A stretch of DNA of 64,000 bases. Origin: Lama guanicoe (Eukaryota). The stretch lies in assembly GCA_013239625.1 (NCBI GenBank), contig MU054001.1, forward strand, positions 1 through 64,000. The letters are read 5' to 3'. Below the pieces are notes generated by a model. The model saw only the letters and a list, made by a program, of their open reading frames with translations. It was not told the origin of the DNA and ran no database searches. Made by a program: the position numbers and the translations under genes. This document shows positions 1 through 10,250 of this stretch, one piece after another (positions within the stretch are counted from its first letter, which is position 1; the number at the start of each line of letters is the position of its first letter).

Positions 1-935
1 AGCACGCCAGAGCCTGTACCTCATCCACCTTCTTTATTGGGCTCTCACATGCCAGGCCACCATCATCCTACCCTGATCACTCCAGGGCCAAGTACCTGAC
101 AAGTGTGGGTGGGCCCTGTGCCCCACAGCCCATTGCAACTGGCTATTTGCCAATATTAAACATGCTCACCAGGCCTCACCTCTTCTTTCCCTGCCAGCAA
201 CCAAGTCTCTTGCCCCAGATTCCTCCTTCTTTCCCTCTGCCTCCTGACCCTCCTTGTGACCCAGGGTGGTCAGCCTGTCCGTCCTCTGGGGAGCTGTGAG
301 CATCAATCTATCATTTCAGTGGCAATTGGCCCCTGACCTCCAAATTGTCTATTAATACACTGTCTTTTGAAACAACTCCTTTATCCCTTTTGCACTCTCT
401 CTGTTCCAAGAACTCTTTAGAAACAACAATCCATTTCAATCTCAGGACAGCCCAATGAGGTAGATACAGTTGTCACCCCTATATTATAAAAGGGGAAACC
501 AAGACACAGAGAAAGGAAGTCCTTTGCCTAAGGACACAGTACTAACAAGTGCTGAGCTGGGATGCAAACCCACAAACTGTTTCCAGAGACGGTATTAACG
601 TTCTTGAGCTATGCTCCATGATTTGGCCATATCCATACTAATAATCAGGAGGAAAAAATATGGAGGTCTCTCAAGTACTCAACTGGGACCCCGGAGTTTA
701 GCAGGTTGTCCTCCTATGGTTTGGGGCGTGCAGCTGAGTCCAGGGTGTTTACCATCCCTTGTGACTCCCGCGGCCGGGACTGGCTGGGGACTAGACTGTT
801 TAAGTCCGTAGAGCATGCACTGCTGCAGAACCAAATCTGTCACACCCCTGTCCTGTACTGATCTCTGCCATCTCGTCCCCAGACAGCAATTTCTTTCCAA
901 AGGTTCTCTGCTATCTGCATTTCAAGAAGACTCAC

Positions 936-987
936 CCCAAGCTGCGTAAGTGGCGAGGGAGGTCACTACCAGAGCGAGGAGCCACAT
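936..987 (-). CDS. CES1: CES1-family carboxylesterase, first coding exon (signal peptide MWLLALVVTSLATYAAW-G); gene continues leftwards out of the window
   Basis: Minus strand reads ATG TGG CTC CTC GCT CTG GTA GTG ACC TCC CTC GCC ACT TAC GCA GCT TGG G|gtgagt. 52 coding nt, phase-1 donor, typical CES1 signal peptide. The exact paralog cannot be assigned. Confidence 0.88.
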
Positions 988-1310
988 AGCTGGAAGATAG
1001 CAGTCCCGTGCCTGCAGGTGTCTAAGCTGCTCCGGGGGGTTGTTGGGGTCCCTCCCCCTAAATCCCGCCCCCTACCANNNNNNNNNNNNNNNNNNNNNNN
1101 NNNNNNNNNNNNNNNNNNNNNNNNNNNNNNNNNNNNNNNNNNNNNNNNNNNNNNNNNNNNNNNNNNNNNNNNNNNNNNNNNNNNNNNNNNNNNNNNNNNN
1201 NNNNNNNNNNCCCCCCCGCTCCCTCTAAAGCTCCGCCCCAGCAGCGCAACAACCTAGTCAGAAGACACCCTCCCAAAGACGCGGTGGGCCTGTAAGCCAC
1301 GCCCACCCAG
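988..1310 (-). promoter_or_regulatory. GC-box-rich, apparently TATA-less promoter/5'UTR of the CES1-family gene, interrupted by an assembly gap
   Basis: GGGCGG boxes on the minus strand (cccgccc ~1064, ccgccc ~1233) just upstream of the ATG; homologous to 11330-11490. Confidence 0.6.
1078..1210. other. Assembly gap (133 N)
   Basis: Run of N. Confidence 1.
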
Positions 1311-2097
1311 AGTTAATCTTCTTTCAAAAGGAAAGCCTGGACTAAACTCTCTGATTACAGTCAGCGACAGAGTAGTTAGACAACTTGTTTCGTATCCGTT
1401 TCTCCTTTCCCAGACTCTAACCGTGGTGCGCTGTGAGCTTCCCAAAGGCAGGTACAAGCAGACAGGTGCCTTTAGACAAGGGGAGGCTTTGGACTGGGGT
1501 CCTCAGAACAACTTGAAAACTTTCAGAACGACTCCTAACCCCACAGCTGCCAAGCTAGGGTATTTGGTTTCCCTGGGCTTCTATTTCCTAGAGTTTCATG
1601 CTCTTATTTTGGAAGCATCTTAAATTTCATCCAGTCTCCTTCTGATTCCTGCATTAACTTTACAATATTCCTGCCAAGAGACTCAACTTACTGTCCCACA
1701 CCTCCAGGATCAGGGAACCCATCACCTCGCCAGGCAGGGATATTTGGACCGAATGTTCTTACAGGAGGGAACTCCACCTCTCCATAGTTCTTTGCTCTAA
1801 TTATTCATTCATTCATCCATCCGTCCATCCTTCCTTCCTTTTATTCATTATTCCATTTATTCATTCACACTTCATTTACCAAATGTCTGGCACTATGCTA
1901 AGTGTTATACAAAGATAAATTCAAGACATTTTCCATCTCCTGGAGGAGTTCACCATGTAGTAGGTAAGACAGAGGGAGGTGGTGGGCTCAGGCTGCAGTG
2001 AAATGTGAAAGCCCCCCAAATAGATGGATACAAAGTGCTCTGGGAAAGTGTTAGGGACACAAGGAAAATGCTCAAAGCCTATTTCACAGAATCATTA

Positions 2098-2621
2098 TGT
2101 TGCAGCAAAGTATGTTACAGATCAGTGTTACAGCTCAGTTGTGACAGCAACCTGGATCCTGACAAGAGACCAAGCAGCACTTAGAGGGTTAAAGAATTCA
2201 GGTTTATTATGCCAGTGGGCCCAGAGGAGTTAACACTCCAAGCTCTGGACCCTGTCTGTAGGTTTACACAGGTTTTTATAGGCTACCAGTCTAGACTTTG
2301 CAACATCATATGTAAATAAGGTGTAACAAAGTTGACTAATTTGGAATGAGCTCTGTAGAAATGGACCAATCAGGAGTGATAGAAATGGACCAATCAGGAG
2401 TGAGCTCCATGCAAATGAGGCACTACAAATGGACCAATCAGGAGTTAGCTCAGGGAACCAAAAGAATCTTAGGGGTAAGTTCTGCTTTCCAAGAAGCAAG
2501 CTGTTTCAGAGGCAAAAAGCCAGATAATGCCGCTGGGCCAGGGAATCAGATGGTGCTGGCAGGAGAGTAGTGGCCCTGCCTGGGGGTCCTGCCAGTCTTT
2601 TTCATGGGGCTTCCCACCTCA
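2098..2621 (-). mobile_element. Solo LTR, ERV1-like
   Basis: TG...CA ends, 4-bp TSD ATTA (2094-2097 and 2622-2625), three GGACCAATCAGGAG repeats, minus-strand TATAAAA ~2275-2281 and AATAAA 2203-2208; the empty site is present in the paralogous arm at ~10412-10415. Confidence 0.92.
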
Positions 2622-2779
2622 ATTAAATGTCCCACAATAGGACATGAAATACAATCAGATACAGCTGGCTAAGGAAACACTATGCTTTCACTCAAGCTAG
2701 TGACGCACATTGCTATTGACAAGGAAAGACAGTCGTGATCTATTGTGAAGGGAGAAAAATCAGCTTGTACAATAGTTAT

Positions 2780-3385
2780 GGCTGCTTTGGGATACAGGCT
2801 GACAGTTTCTCAAAAATTTAGCACAAAGTTAAACAAATTTCCCAATAATTCCACTCTTAGGTATACTTGAAAACATGTCCACACAAAAACTTGGACTCCG
2901 TTAGCAGCATTATTCATAATAGCCAAAAGTGTAAAGAACTCAAATGTCCACCAACCGATGAAAGGACGAATCAAATATGACCTATCCATACAATGGGATA
3001 TTATTCAGCCATTAAAGCAAATGAAGTACCGATATACGTGCTAAACACGGATGAACCTTGAAAACATCACTCTAATGAAAGAAGCCAGACACAGAAGGAC
3101 ACATACTGTATGATTCTGTTTATATGAAATGCCCAGAATCAGCAAATCCACAGAGACAGAAAGTAGTTTAGCGGTTGCTACGGGCTGAGGTGGTGGGGAT
3201 AAGGAGTGACTGCTAATAGGTACGAGGTTTCTTTTTGAGATGATGGAAATGTTCTGGGATTAGATAGTGATGATGGTTATAGAACTTTGTGAATATGCTA
3301 AGAAAAAACCCCACTGAATTGTACATGTTAAAAAAAGTGAGTTTTGTGGTATGGGCATGATCTCTCAGTAAAATAAATATTTAAA
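2780..3385 (+). mobile_element. Old L1M-type 3' fragment
   Basis: Motifs gcagcattattcataatagccaaaa, atgaaccttgaaaacat and gaaagaagccagacac. Confidence 0.8.
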
Positions 3386-6300
3386 AAAATCTAGCCATGT
3401 ATAATACCCCATTGTAGGAAAAAATATATATCTCTTGATTTGAATAGGGAAAATTCTGGTAGGTTATACATCTAAGTTGCATTGCAACAGCCATTTCTTG
3501 GCTGTAGTATTGTATTCTTACTTATAAGTATTTTCCACTTATATTCACTGAGGCATTCATTTGACAAATATTTACTGAGTGCTCACCGTGTGGGAACCAC
3601 CATGCTGAGGGTTTTGTATGCAGGATCTCACTTAGTTCTCAAAATAAATGTGTGAATTGATACTATTATCTCCTAGGGCTCAGTGAGGACAAGGAACTGG
3701 CTGACAGTCACACATCAAGTAGGAGGAAGAGCCTAGGACTGAACAGAAGCCACACAATGTTACCCCCTGACCCTTAAACATTGCATTAACTGGATCATGA
3801 GATTCACTCTTGCTGATGGGAAGGGAGCAGAGGTGAAGGGGTCGCTTCCAGGGCAGCAGAGGAAACAGGCAGCTGTGCCTTCTCCAAGCTTGCACTGTTT
3901 TCCAACTGTCATTTGTCAACAAACGCTGACCTTGATAGGACCAGACCAAAACTGACATTAGGGAGAATTGGGCAACCAGAAGCCACAAAGCACGTGACAG
4001 TCTTAGAAATGTTCATGGGTTCTTGGCCAGGGTTCATAGGTTATAAGTGTAACGAAGCTTCTAGAGACCCAAATTTTAAAAGAGATGCTTGTTGGCACTC
4101 TTTCCAGCCACTGTGGCAGGTCGGTGACGGGGAGCCCTGTGGTAGGGGTGCGAGTTTGTGACAGCAGTAGAGTCAGCCCTCAGAGGTGACTGCTTGTATG
4201 AAAATTGACCCGGGCTGAGATTCCTCCCATTTACCAGGAAAGAAACATGGTTCAAAAAGGGCACCCTAAAGAAGAGCACCCTTGTCTCTATCCACATGGA
4301 ACCATCTAGGCTACCTTCCTAAGCAGACAGCAAGGCTGTTTCTAATCACTTAGCATTTATACAGCATGCACACACGCACAGCTGTTAAGGCATAACCATC
4401 CTGCCTGTTGCCCTGACCAGCTGGCCTTTGCAACTTGGGACACAGACTTGGCTCTTGGACTGTGAGGGCTGTAGAATGCTGTCTTAGCAAAATAGGAAAG
4501 TTAAGGATGAATTATCTTCCCAGCCCCACTGTTCCACCACATGCCTTCTTGTGACACCCACAATTCCACAAACAGACCAGACCTTGATGTATCTGGCTGT
4601 GCAGCCTGCGTGCCCATGCCTGGCTCATCATGACTCTGCAGAAGTCGTGGATGAGGCATCAAGCCAGCCCTCCACTTGCTTAACCTTTGTACTCTCCCTG
4701 GGCCACACTAGCTGTAAGTGATACAGCTCTTATTTCAGTGGCAATTGATAAAGATGATGGCTTTTACCTGGGGAAACTCCAAAAGGTTTCCCACGTGGAA
4801 CTAGACAGTCTGAAGAGTAAAATCCTAGACTAGCCTTAATGCCTAAGTAGTTGGGCAGGTCTTAGGAGAGAAGACACCCCTAAGCTCCAAATTCCCCCCC
4901 AACTCCCCACCATCTCCATCAATTTATTCAACAGGTATATGGAGACCACATACTAGAACGAACACTGGACAAGTATGAAGCCATGTCCTACTGTGCCCTT
5001 CACTGGGTTTTGCCCATTAATCAGGCATAGCCTTCATGGTGGAGAACACTGCACTGGGAGACCAGAGGTCTGGGAACCTACAGGGTGACATTTGGGGGTC
5101 CTTTTTGGAAAGAGTGGTAATAGGCAAGGGGTGGCTATGGTGAGGTGATGTCTCATGCGCTGTTCACCCTGGATCAACATTCCGTGAACCTAGAATTTTG
5201 TGAAATTTTTCAGTGCAGCCTAGACGTATACAGTGTTGCTGGAACCTGACATTCTTATACTAACGTCACGGTCTTTACCGTATCAGCATACCATCTGTAC
5301 TGTCATGAATATTTATCTTAAATGGATCAATTCTTTTTATTTTAATGCAATCATTCAAAAAAGGAAATTTTACACATTTCCATAAATTGAAAACTGTATA
5401 AATTGCCTTGAATTTAAAGGTGTTAACAATAAAATTTCAACTAAGTAAATTTTTAAGATCTTACTGGTTTTAATCAATGATTTATGAATTGGGCAGCTCT
5501 TTTTTAGGACTGCACTGCTGGAACTTTTCATAAGGAATCTCAGCTTGAGCACTTAAAAGCCTTGAGGCTAGGAAGCCAAGCCAAGATTTTGTCTACAATA
5601 AGATGTGGGTGAATTTCTCTCTTCTTGTGGGCCCCCCTCCCAAATGCTGACGTCCCTGGGCCTGCCAGGAAGTGGTCTTCCTTACTCACCTGGTGAGGCT
5701 GCCAAGAACCCTGTAAGCAATTTTATTGGTTCCATAAAGTTACCTTTAGTTCTTTAGAGCTGTCTAGTCATATCCGAGTCCTTGCGCATCCAACTGAAAT
5801 ACAACATTTCAGTCAAACCTTTGGTAACATAACCTATGTTTCCAATTATGGCCTGTTCCAAGGATAACAGATTCTTACTGAACATATGCAACTAACTAAT
5901 AATTCATTGATATGAAAAGAATACTCAAGAGTTTCTGAATTCCGAAGGGATCAGGTGTGCTTACCAAACTGCTATAAGTCATAGATAGCTCAAGAGAAAA
6001 GGTTTCCTTATATCTGGGCAAACAAGACATTAAGGAAAGAAGCATTGTTTCAAACCAAATGTTCTAAAAATTATAATCCTCCTCCTCAGTTTATTCAGTC
6101 TCATGTAATTAACACTTGTTCTGCTTGAATCCAGTTCTGGAAATTCTTCCCCGGTTCAGTTTTATGATCTTAAAGTTAGTAGAAAATTGTACTTAAAGTC
6201 TTTCCCATGAATCTCCTTGAAGATGAAGCAGTTTGCAGGAACACTTTAGCAAAAGCATCAGAGTAAGACAGTAACTGTAAATGACAAAAGACTTTTAAAT

Positions 6301-6879
6301 GGCCACATTTAAAGATCTGATGAGAGTTTATTATAATGCAATGGACAAAGAAATGTGGTTCTCTCTTAACAAAATATTTCAAGATAATAGCTAGAATAAC
6401 TAATAACATTATACCAGGGCATAGCAGAATTTTAGGAATTTTATACAATTTCTGGAACATTTATATTAACATATATCTATATAAAAGGAGGTTTAGTATT
6501 ACTTCTCATTGGACAATGCCTCCCATGTAATTTAATATATCAAATGAGCCCAGTTAGTTTAATATCTGTCTTCTTATATGGAGAGAGAACAAATGTATTG
6601 AGATGTTCTAGGGGCCCTCTGAAAAATAACCAAAGTTAGTTCAAGGTTAAAAATAATTCGTTTAGTATTTGATATTTTGAAAGTCTGTGAAAAATATCAA
6701 AAAGTTTAAAAACATTTGGTCATATAGGATCATAAGTCACTGTGAAACAATACTTAGTTATTTATCCGCTTTAAACCAAAGTGATAATTAAAGACTTCAC
6801 AGGCAAATACACAGTTACATAATTGTTTTTAAAATTTTTTAGAAAAACTTATCTCTCTTAGCTCTTTTAATAAAGAAGA

Positions 6880-7171
6880 CTCAGTTTTCTTAAGTAATCA
6901 GGGACTTCATAAACACAACAAATAAATCTATGCTAGCTTGGTTATAAAATTTATCAGTGAATCAGGGGAGGGTGTAGCTCAGTTTTCTTAAATAATCAAA
7001 GACTTCATAAATACAACAAATAAATCTATGTTTGCTTTGTTATAAAATTTATCAGTGAATCGGGGGAGGGTATAGCTCAATTTTCTTAAGTAATCAAAGA
7101 CTTCATAAACAGAACAAATACATCTGTTAGCTTTGTTATAAAATTTATCAGTGAATTGGGGGAGGGTATAG
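6880..7171 (+). repeat. Tandem triplication of a 96-98 bp unit spanning a SINE 5' junction
   Basis: Units start at 6880, 6978 and 7076 (ctca(g/a)ttttcttaa...aaaatttatcagtgaat..ggggagggt(g/a)tag). Confidence 0.93.
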
Positions 7172-7302
7172 CTCAAGTGGTAGAGTGCATACTTAGCATA
7201 CACAAGGTGCTGGGTTCAATCCCCTGGTACTGGCTCCAAAAATAAATAAATAAATAAATAAACCTAATTACCTCCCCTCTCAAAAAAAGAAAGAAAGAAA
7301 GA
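7158..7302 (+). mobile_element. tRNA-derived SINE (camelid Vic-1-like)
   Basis: A box tagctcaagtgg, B box ggttcaatccc, (AAAT)n and A-rich tail, TSD aaaatttatcagtga at 7140-7154 and 7303-7317. Confidence 0.9.
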
Positions 7303-7884
7303 AAAATTTATCAGTGACAAAGAATAGCTTGGATTATGGCTAGCTTTGCCCAGTGTTTCATGAAGTTTTTATGGGTCAGTGTAAACATAATTAAGAACAA
7401 TTAAACAGGTGTACATAAGATGTAAGTTTATAAGTAAACTTTTCAGTAATTGTGCCTTATGGTATGTCTACTTAAATAGTTTCCTGAAATCTTTTTGGTA
7501 ACTTGAAACTTCAGAGTTTCTCTAAGTGAAGTTAAATGATGGCCAGTCATTGAATATCTAGATCACTTCCAAATAAGAGAAAATACTAAGACATTGATTA
7601 GTGAAGATAGGTCTATCCATTTTGGGTTTCTTTTTAAAGAGGAACTAAAGATATTGGTTCTATTAGTAAACATGTCTTGTGCCACATTGAAAAATATACT
7701 CGGAGGAAGAATATACTTCTAGAAATTAAAAAGTATACTGTGTAAGTCTGCCAAGTCACAGAATGCTAGTGCAGGAGCCCATAATTCCTCACTTCTTAGT
7801 TTTCACTAGGAATTAAGGATTCTAAGAGCTAACAATTCTAGCCAATATATGTAATCCAAGCTACTTAGAAACAGTAAGGGGAAC

Positions 7885-8020
7885 GGAGAGGGGATAGCTC
7901 AGTGGGAGTGCTTGCCTAGCATGCAGAAGGTCCTGGGTTCAATCCCCAGTACCTCCACTTAAAAAATAAGTAAATAAACAAACCTAATTACCTTCTCCCC
8001 TAAAAAAAGAGAAAAGAAAA
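7885..8020 (+). mobile_element. tRNA-derived SINE (Vic-1-like)
   Basis: A/B boxes, aacctaattacc 3' motif, A-rich tail, imperfect TSD agaaa(c/t)a(g/a)taag. Confidence 0.85.
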
Positions 8021-9586
8021 GAAATAATAAGAGTGTAAGAAAACAACTGCATATAAAAAGTAGGTAAGGAAAGTAGAGTGGTTAATTGTCCAGAATGAGA
8101 AGTTAGACTACGTACGTGCATAACTGAATTGCTTTATTATACCCCTGAAACTAACATTGTAAATTGACTGTATTTCAAATAAAAATTTTTTTTAATTAAA
8201 AGAAAAACCAAATTGTAGAAGGCCTGTGGGGAAGGATTCTTGGTAATGAATTTCATGTGTGGTCAAGCTGGCTAAGATTGGAATGAGTTTATTTGAGTTA
8301 AAAAAAAATCAGTTAGCACTAATACTAGCATACTGTGCAAAATCAGAATTGGTTTCAAAATCTATGCTAAAAAGACCAAGAGTTTTTGTTGGGTTTTTTT
8401 TCTTTGGACTATTGGTATGCCCTTGATAATAAGAGATTGTGAAAGATTTTTCTTTGCCTATTAGGTAATCTGCCTAGAAAAAAAGATTCTGTGTTTCATC
8501 AAAACAATTTCCTGTATTTCAGGTTTCCTTTACATAAAGTCCTTGATTACTTAAGAAACCTGAGTCTTCTCTATCAAAATAGCTGAGGTTATTTATTTAT
8601 TTATTTTTACAATTATATAGCTTTGTGTATTTGCCTGTGAAATCTTGTGTCACTCTGGCTGTGTACAACAGAAGTATTGTTTCACAGTGACCTATTATCC
8701 TATTTGACCAAGTGTTTTTCACTTTTGACGTTTTTCACAAACTTCCCAAAAGTTATGTTCTAAATAAAGCCTCTGTGATCTCAAACCAACTTTGAGATTT
8801 TCCCAAACATCTTTTAGGAATATCCTAAAAGATTTGTTTTCTCTCCTTATAAAAAGAGAGATGTTCAACCAACTTGGCTTATTTGATACGTTTCCCTACA
8901 CGGGAAGCATTGTCCAATGAGAGGCCCTGGAACTTCAGGATATTTAGGGGGAACTTCAAAAAGAGAGAAATTCACCTTAACTATATTGCAAGCAAAATTT
9001 TGGCTTGGCTTCCTAGCCTCAGAGGCTATTAAGAACTCAATCTGAGATTTCTTCTGAAAAGTCCAGCAGACTCGTCTTTATCTTATATTTGTATGGGTAC
9101 ATGTTAATATAAATGTTCAAGAAATTGTGCGAAATTCTTAAATTTCTGATAGGTCCCAGTATAATGTTATCAGTCATAATTCTAGCTATTATCTTTTTTT
9201 TTTGCTATTATCTTAAAATAGTGTATGTCACAGCAATGCCAACATTTCAGTGTCTATTGACGTAATATTGATCAGCATTTTCTCAGGCCTCAGCTTTTCC
9301 TCCTTCTTGATGTGTGACTGTGGGCCAGTCCCTTGATCTTGCTAAGTCCCAGGAGATGGCAGTATCAATTCATGGGTTTATTCTGAGGACTAACTGAGAT
9401 CCTGTATACAACACCCTCAGCACTGTGTCTGCCACACAGTGAGCTCTCAGTAAATATTTGCCAAGTGACTGAATAAATGTGGAAATGAATGAAAAAAAGT
9501 GGAAAACACTAATATCTAAAAACACTCACAGTACTATAGCCAGAAAGTGGTTGTTGTAATACAAATTAGATGTATAATCTTTTAGA

Positions 9587-9588
<2 letters not shown>

Positions 9589-9616
<28 letters not shown>
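9589..9616. repeat. (AT)n microsatellite
   Basis: Direct reading; the paralogous position (~3424) has only atatatat. Confidence 0.95.
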
Positions 9617-9622
<6 letters not shown>

Positions 9623-9654
9623 TTTACTACAATGGGACATACATGACCAGATTT

Positions 9655-10250
9655 TTTTTTAATTTCCTTACTGAGAGATCATCCCCACACCATAAAACTC
9701 ACTTTTTTAAAGTGTAATATTCAGTGGTTTGTAGCATATTCACAAATTTCTATAACCATCATCACTATCTAATCCCAGAACATTTCCATCATCTCAAAAA
9801 GAAACCTCGTACCTATTAGCAGTCACTCCTTATCCCCACCACCTCAGCCCGTAGCAACCGCTAAACTACTTTCTGTCTCTGTGGATTTGCTGATTCTGGG
9901 CATTTCATATAAACAGAATCATACAGTATGTGTCCTTCTGTGTCTGGCTTCTTTCATTAGAGTGATGTTTTCAAGGTTCATCCGTGTTTAGCACGTATAT
10001 CGGTACTTCATTTGCTTTAATGGCTGAATAATATCCCATTGTATGGATAGGTCATATTTGATTCGTCCTTTCATCGGTTGGTGGACGTTTGAGTTCTTTA
10101 CACTTTTGGCTATTATGAATAATGCTGCTAACGGAGTCCAAGTTTTTGTGTGGACATGTTTTCAAGTATACCTAAGAGTGGAATTATTGGGAAATTTGTT
10201 TAACTTTGTGCTAAATTTTTGAGAAACTGTCAGCCTGTATCCCAAAGCAG
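9655..10250 (-). mobile_element. Old L1M-type 3' fragment (duplicate of 2780-3385)
   Basis: Reverse complement of the left copy. Confidence 0.8.

Larger units (their letters stand above)
450..3735. repeat. Left arm of inverted segmental duplication (CES1 intron 1, exon 1 and upstream region); outer limit approximate
   Basis: Reverse-complement matches read by eye: 600-685 vs 11735-11820; 1430-1550 vs 10995-11118; 2761-3284 vs 9748-10271; 3480-3735 vs 9285-9560. Confidence 0.9.
5420..9250. mobile_element. Degraded AT-rich non-coding ERV/LTR-internal fragments (MER4-group-like) in two opposite orientations, with nested SINEs and an L1 tail
   Basis: AT-rich, no ORFs, resembles ERV1 internal sequence; 6360-6930 is the diverged reverse complement of 8520-9220. 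Confidence 0.55.

Noticed and set aside
2761..3284. Two recent L1 insertions as the explanation of the identical tract
   Set aside because: The L1 is old and decayed, and homology extends into unique flanks on both sides, so it was duplicated with the segment
6880..7171. CRISPR-like regular repeats
   Set aside because: The whole unit repeats with no unique spacers; mammalian DNA with no cas genes
7158..7230. tRNA-like sequences (also ~7885, ~45999, ~52420)
   Set aside because: They have A-rich tails and target-site duplications, so they are SINE heads rather than tRNA genes
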